Positions 61,862 through 64,000 of a stretch of DNA of 64,000 bases are shown piece after piece. The position numbers were made by a program, and so were the translations under genes. The stretch lies in the NCBI RefSeq assembly GCF_009914755.1, contig NC_060932.1; one strand, given 5' to 3'. This stretch comes from the human T2T-CHM13v2.0 reference genome, Homo sapiens. Numbering within the stretch: the stretch's first letter is position 1; each line of letters begins with the position of its first letter. Under the pieces are notes generated by a model, which saw nothing but the letters and a program-made list of their open reading frames with translations, ran no database searches and was not told the DNA's origin.

Positions 61862-62224
61862 TGTGGGTGGAACTAGCTGGGGCTGATGTTATGGGCAATA
61901 AAGGAATTTGCCAAGACAGCTGTAGGTAAGGAAAGGCAGATTTATTAGAGAAAGTATGAAGATATGTTGCAATGCTGCAACAGGCAGCACAGCAGAGAAG
62001 GGGCTGTCTGCAGAGGCAGGGGCCAGTGGGAAATGTTACAGGGTCATGCTGGAGGGGGTTATGTGTGGAACAGGTTGTTGTGCCAATGGAATGAGGTGGT
62101 TGTACCTGTAGGTTGTTTGCAATTAGCCTTCTCTCAGAGCAATTGTTCATTTTTCTCCCCAATCTAGGACCCTCCCTGACCTGGGCTTCCCTCCTCATAG
62201 TTGCTTACTCATCAGGACTCCATG
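61862..62224 (-). mobile_element. ERV1 solo LTR (MER93-like)
   Basis: Same family as 40983-41309 (gcagatttattagagaaagta; tcaggactcca). Confidence 0.7.
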
Positions 62225-63270
62225 TGTGTATAATACACATATCTATAAAGTCTGATATAATGAGAGAGATTAATGACAATTATTCACAATAATTTTGGTT
62301 GTATTAATTTCTCCTTATATTTTGCTATGTATATAGAATTCTTGATTCAACACATTTTGTCTGTAAACCATATATATGTTCCACTAATGTTTCTGAATTT
62401 TTGATATTTAGTTCTGATATCAAATGTCAGTCTCACTCCCTTTACTCAGTGGCCTTTGGGCTCTGATACTAGGTCAGTCCCCTGGAACTCTGGTTCCCTC
62501 AGCAGCGTGGGAAACAGCTCTGCTATATGCTCATCACATAGGAGCTGTAGCTAACCAGCAGTATCCAGAATCAGAAGACTCATCACTGTCTCTGCCCAAT
62601 CATTCCTTAATCACCCAGATAACCCAGTTGTTTGCATTCTTCCTTACTCTCTGCCAGTCCCCGGTTAATGTTCTCAGGCTCCCTCTTACCTCTCGATGTT
62701 TCTAAAAACTCATTATTTCTTTAGCGTAGCAACAGCAAGAAATCTGGTATTTCATTTCTTTGCTATTTCATCCCTGCCCTGGTCATACTTCCTCCCCATC
62801 CCACTGTCAGAAAGAAGTTGGTTTCAGGCTTTCCCCTTCCTCTCTGTGATATTTTACTTCTACCTTGGACTTTATTGCTTTAATGTCTTTGGTAGAAAGA
62901 GCCACACATGGTGAAATAATCTCTATGATCTGAGTCATTATTTGTGTCCTTTATATGTTAATGCAAGATAGATGGCTTTAGAAAGGACTTTAGTTTTATT
63001 TTCAAGACTTAATATTTCTTCAAAATTTTATTTTGGTTTTCTACAGAAGCATATTTACATTGAAGCTAATGAAAATTGAGCTTCACAGTCTGTTCACATG
63101 ATCATATGTTTTTGTGGGTTTTTTTTTTGTTTTTTTGCAAAAGTGCATTATTTTTGTATTATTTTTATTAAAGAGAGATAATGTTATATAAGTGTCAGAT
63201 TCCACAAAATCTGGATATATCCTTGGATAAGTTAAATGGTTGTTTTTTCCTTCCCTCCCTTCCTTCCTTT

Positions 63271-64000
63271 TGAAATAGTTTAGGGTCATTGGTCATGTTT
63301 TCTGGGGTGTTATCTGAGCTTGTGGTCTCATGACCGAGAATATTAAGGAGCATAGACACGGACGCCAGAGTGAGGTTAGAGCAAAAGTTTAATAAGCAAA
63401 AGAAGACAGCTCTCCATAGCAGAGGGATCCTGGACAAGTTGACATTTTACAGTGGAATGCCAACTTTTATAAGAAACTCCTCTCATCTCTGTAGCTGTTT
63501 GAGTAACTTTTCTTATGTGAAAAGCTGTCTGTACAACTCTCCCCATCTTTACAGCTGTGGGATGTCTCTAGGTAAGCACAAGCATAGCTTTTCTTGTTTA
63601 TATAATTGTGGGTTTGTTTTAGGTCAGTTCCCCTCCCCTTCCTGTGCAAGCTACTATGAAGCCTGCCATAGTCATGTCTGAAAAAGGGAGGAACATTTTG
63701 CCTGGGAGCCCACTAATCACAAAAAGAACAAAAGGCTTCTATGCGGGACCTTGGCTGCCTGGCCTACTTATCTGTACAGCTGCAGCCTGAGTTTTCTTCA
63801 GGCTGCTGTATTTTTGCCTGTAGCTGTGATTTTTCAGAGCTGCTTCTCCAACTAGCCATAGTTGTCTGCCTAACTGATTTTTCCTTTTCTTCTCCCTCAT
63901 TACCCCCCACTTCAGGATAAGAGACCCTAACTGCTGTTAGGAAGGTCAGGCAATGGTATTTCTAGATACTTCCTGATGGAGAGGGGTGTTGTGTCGAGAA
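63271..64000 (-). mobile_element. 3' LTR (MER66-like, 63271-63899) of a minus-strand ERV1 whose internal part continues past the window
   Basis: Reverse start tgagggagaagaaaaggaaaaatcagttagg; immediately preceded on the minus strand by PPT-like aagtggggggtaa. Confidence 0.7.

Overview
This window is AT-rich, CpG-depleted catarrhine primate DNA (human-like; AluJ/S/Y, THE1, LTR12 and MER4 elements are present). Most of it is transposable-element debris. The main elements are a near full-length minus-strand L1 of the L1PA15/16-L1PB era (~1885-13780) carrying nested insertions (a complete THE1A element, an L1MA-type element and three Alus), a two-LTR MER4E/MER4-int provirus (31185-40173), a solo LTR12 with an expanded U5, a truncated LOR1 provirus, a near full-length Tigger2, about 20 Alus, and many solo LTRs, MITEs and L2/MIR relics. 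No intact protein-coding gene, RNA gene or CRISPR array is supportable. The ORFs I could assign are TE remnants, Alu read-throughs or low-complexity artefacts, and the rest are short and unrecognised. I found no convincing new biological system. The observations most worth checking are a perfect 59-bp tandem duplication, three templated direct+inverted 'patchwork' scars, a higher-order repeat expansion in the LTR12, a closely spaced inverted Alu pair, possible G-to-A editing of the MER4 provirus, and a few weak plus-strand exon candidates. Subfamily names come from recalled consensus sequences, not from a database search, and boundaries of old repeats are approximate.
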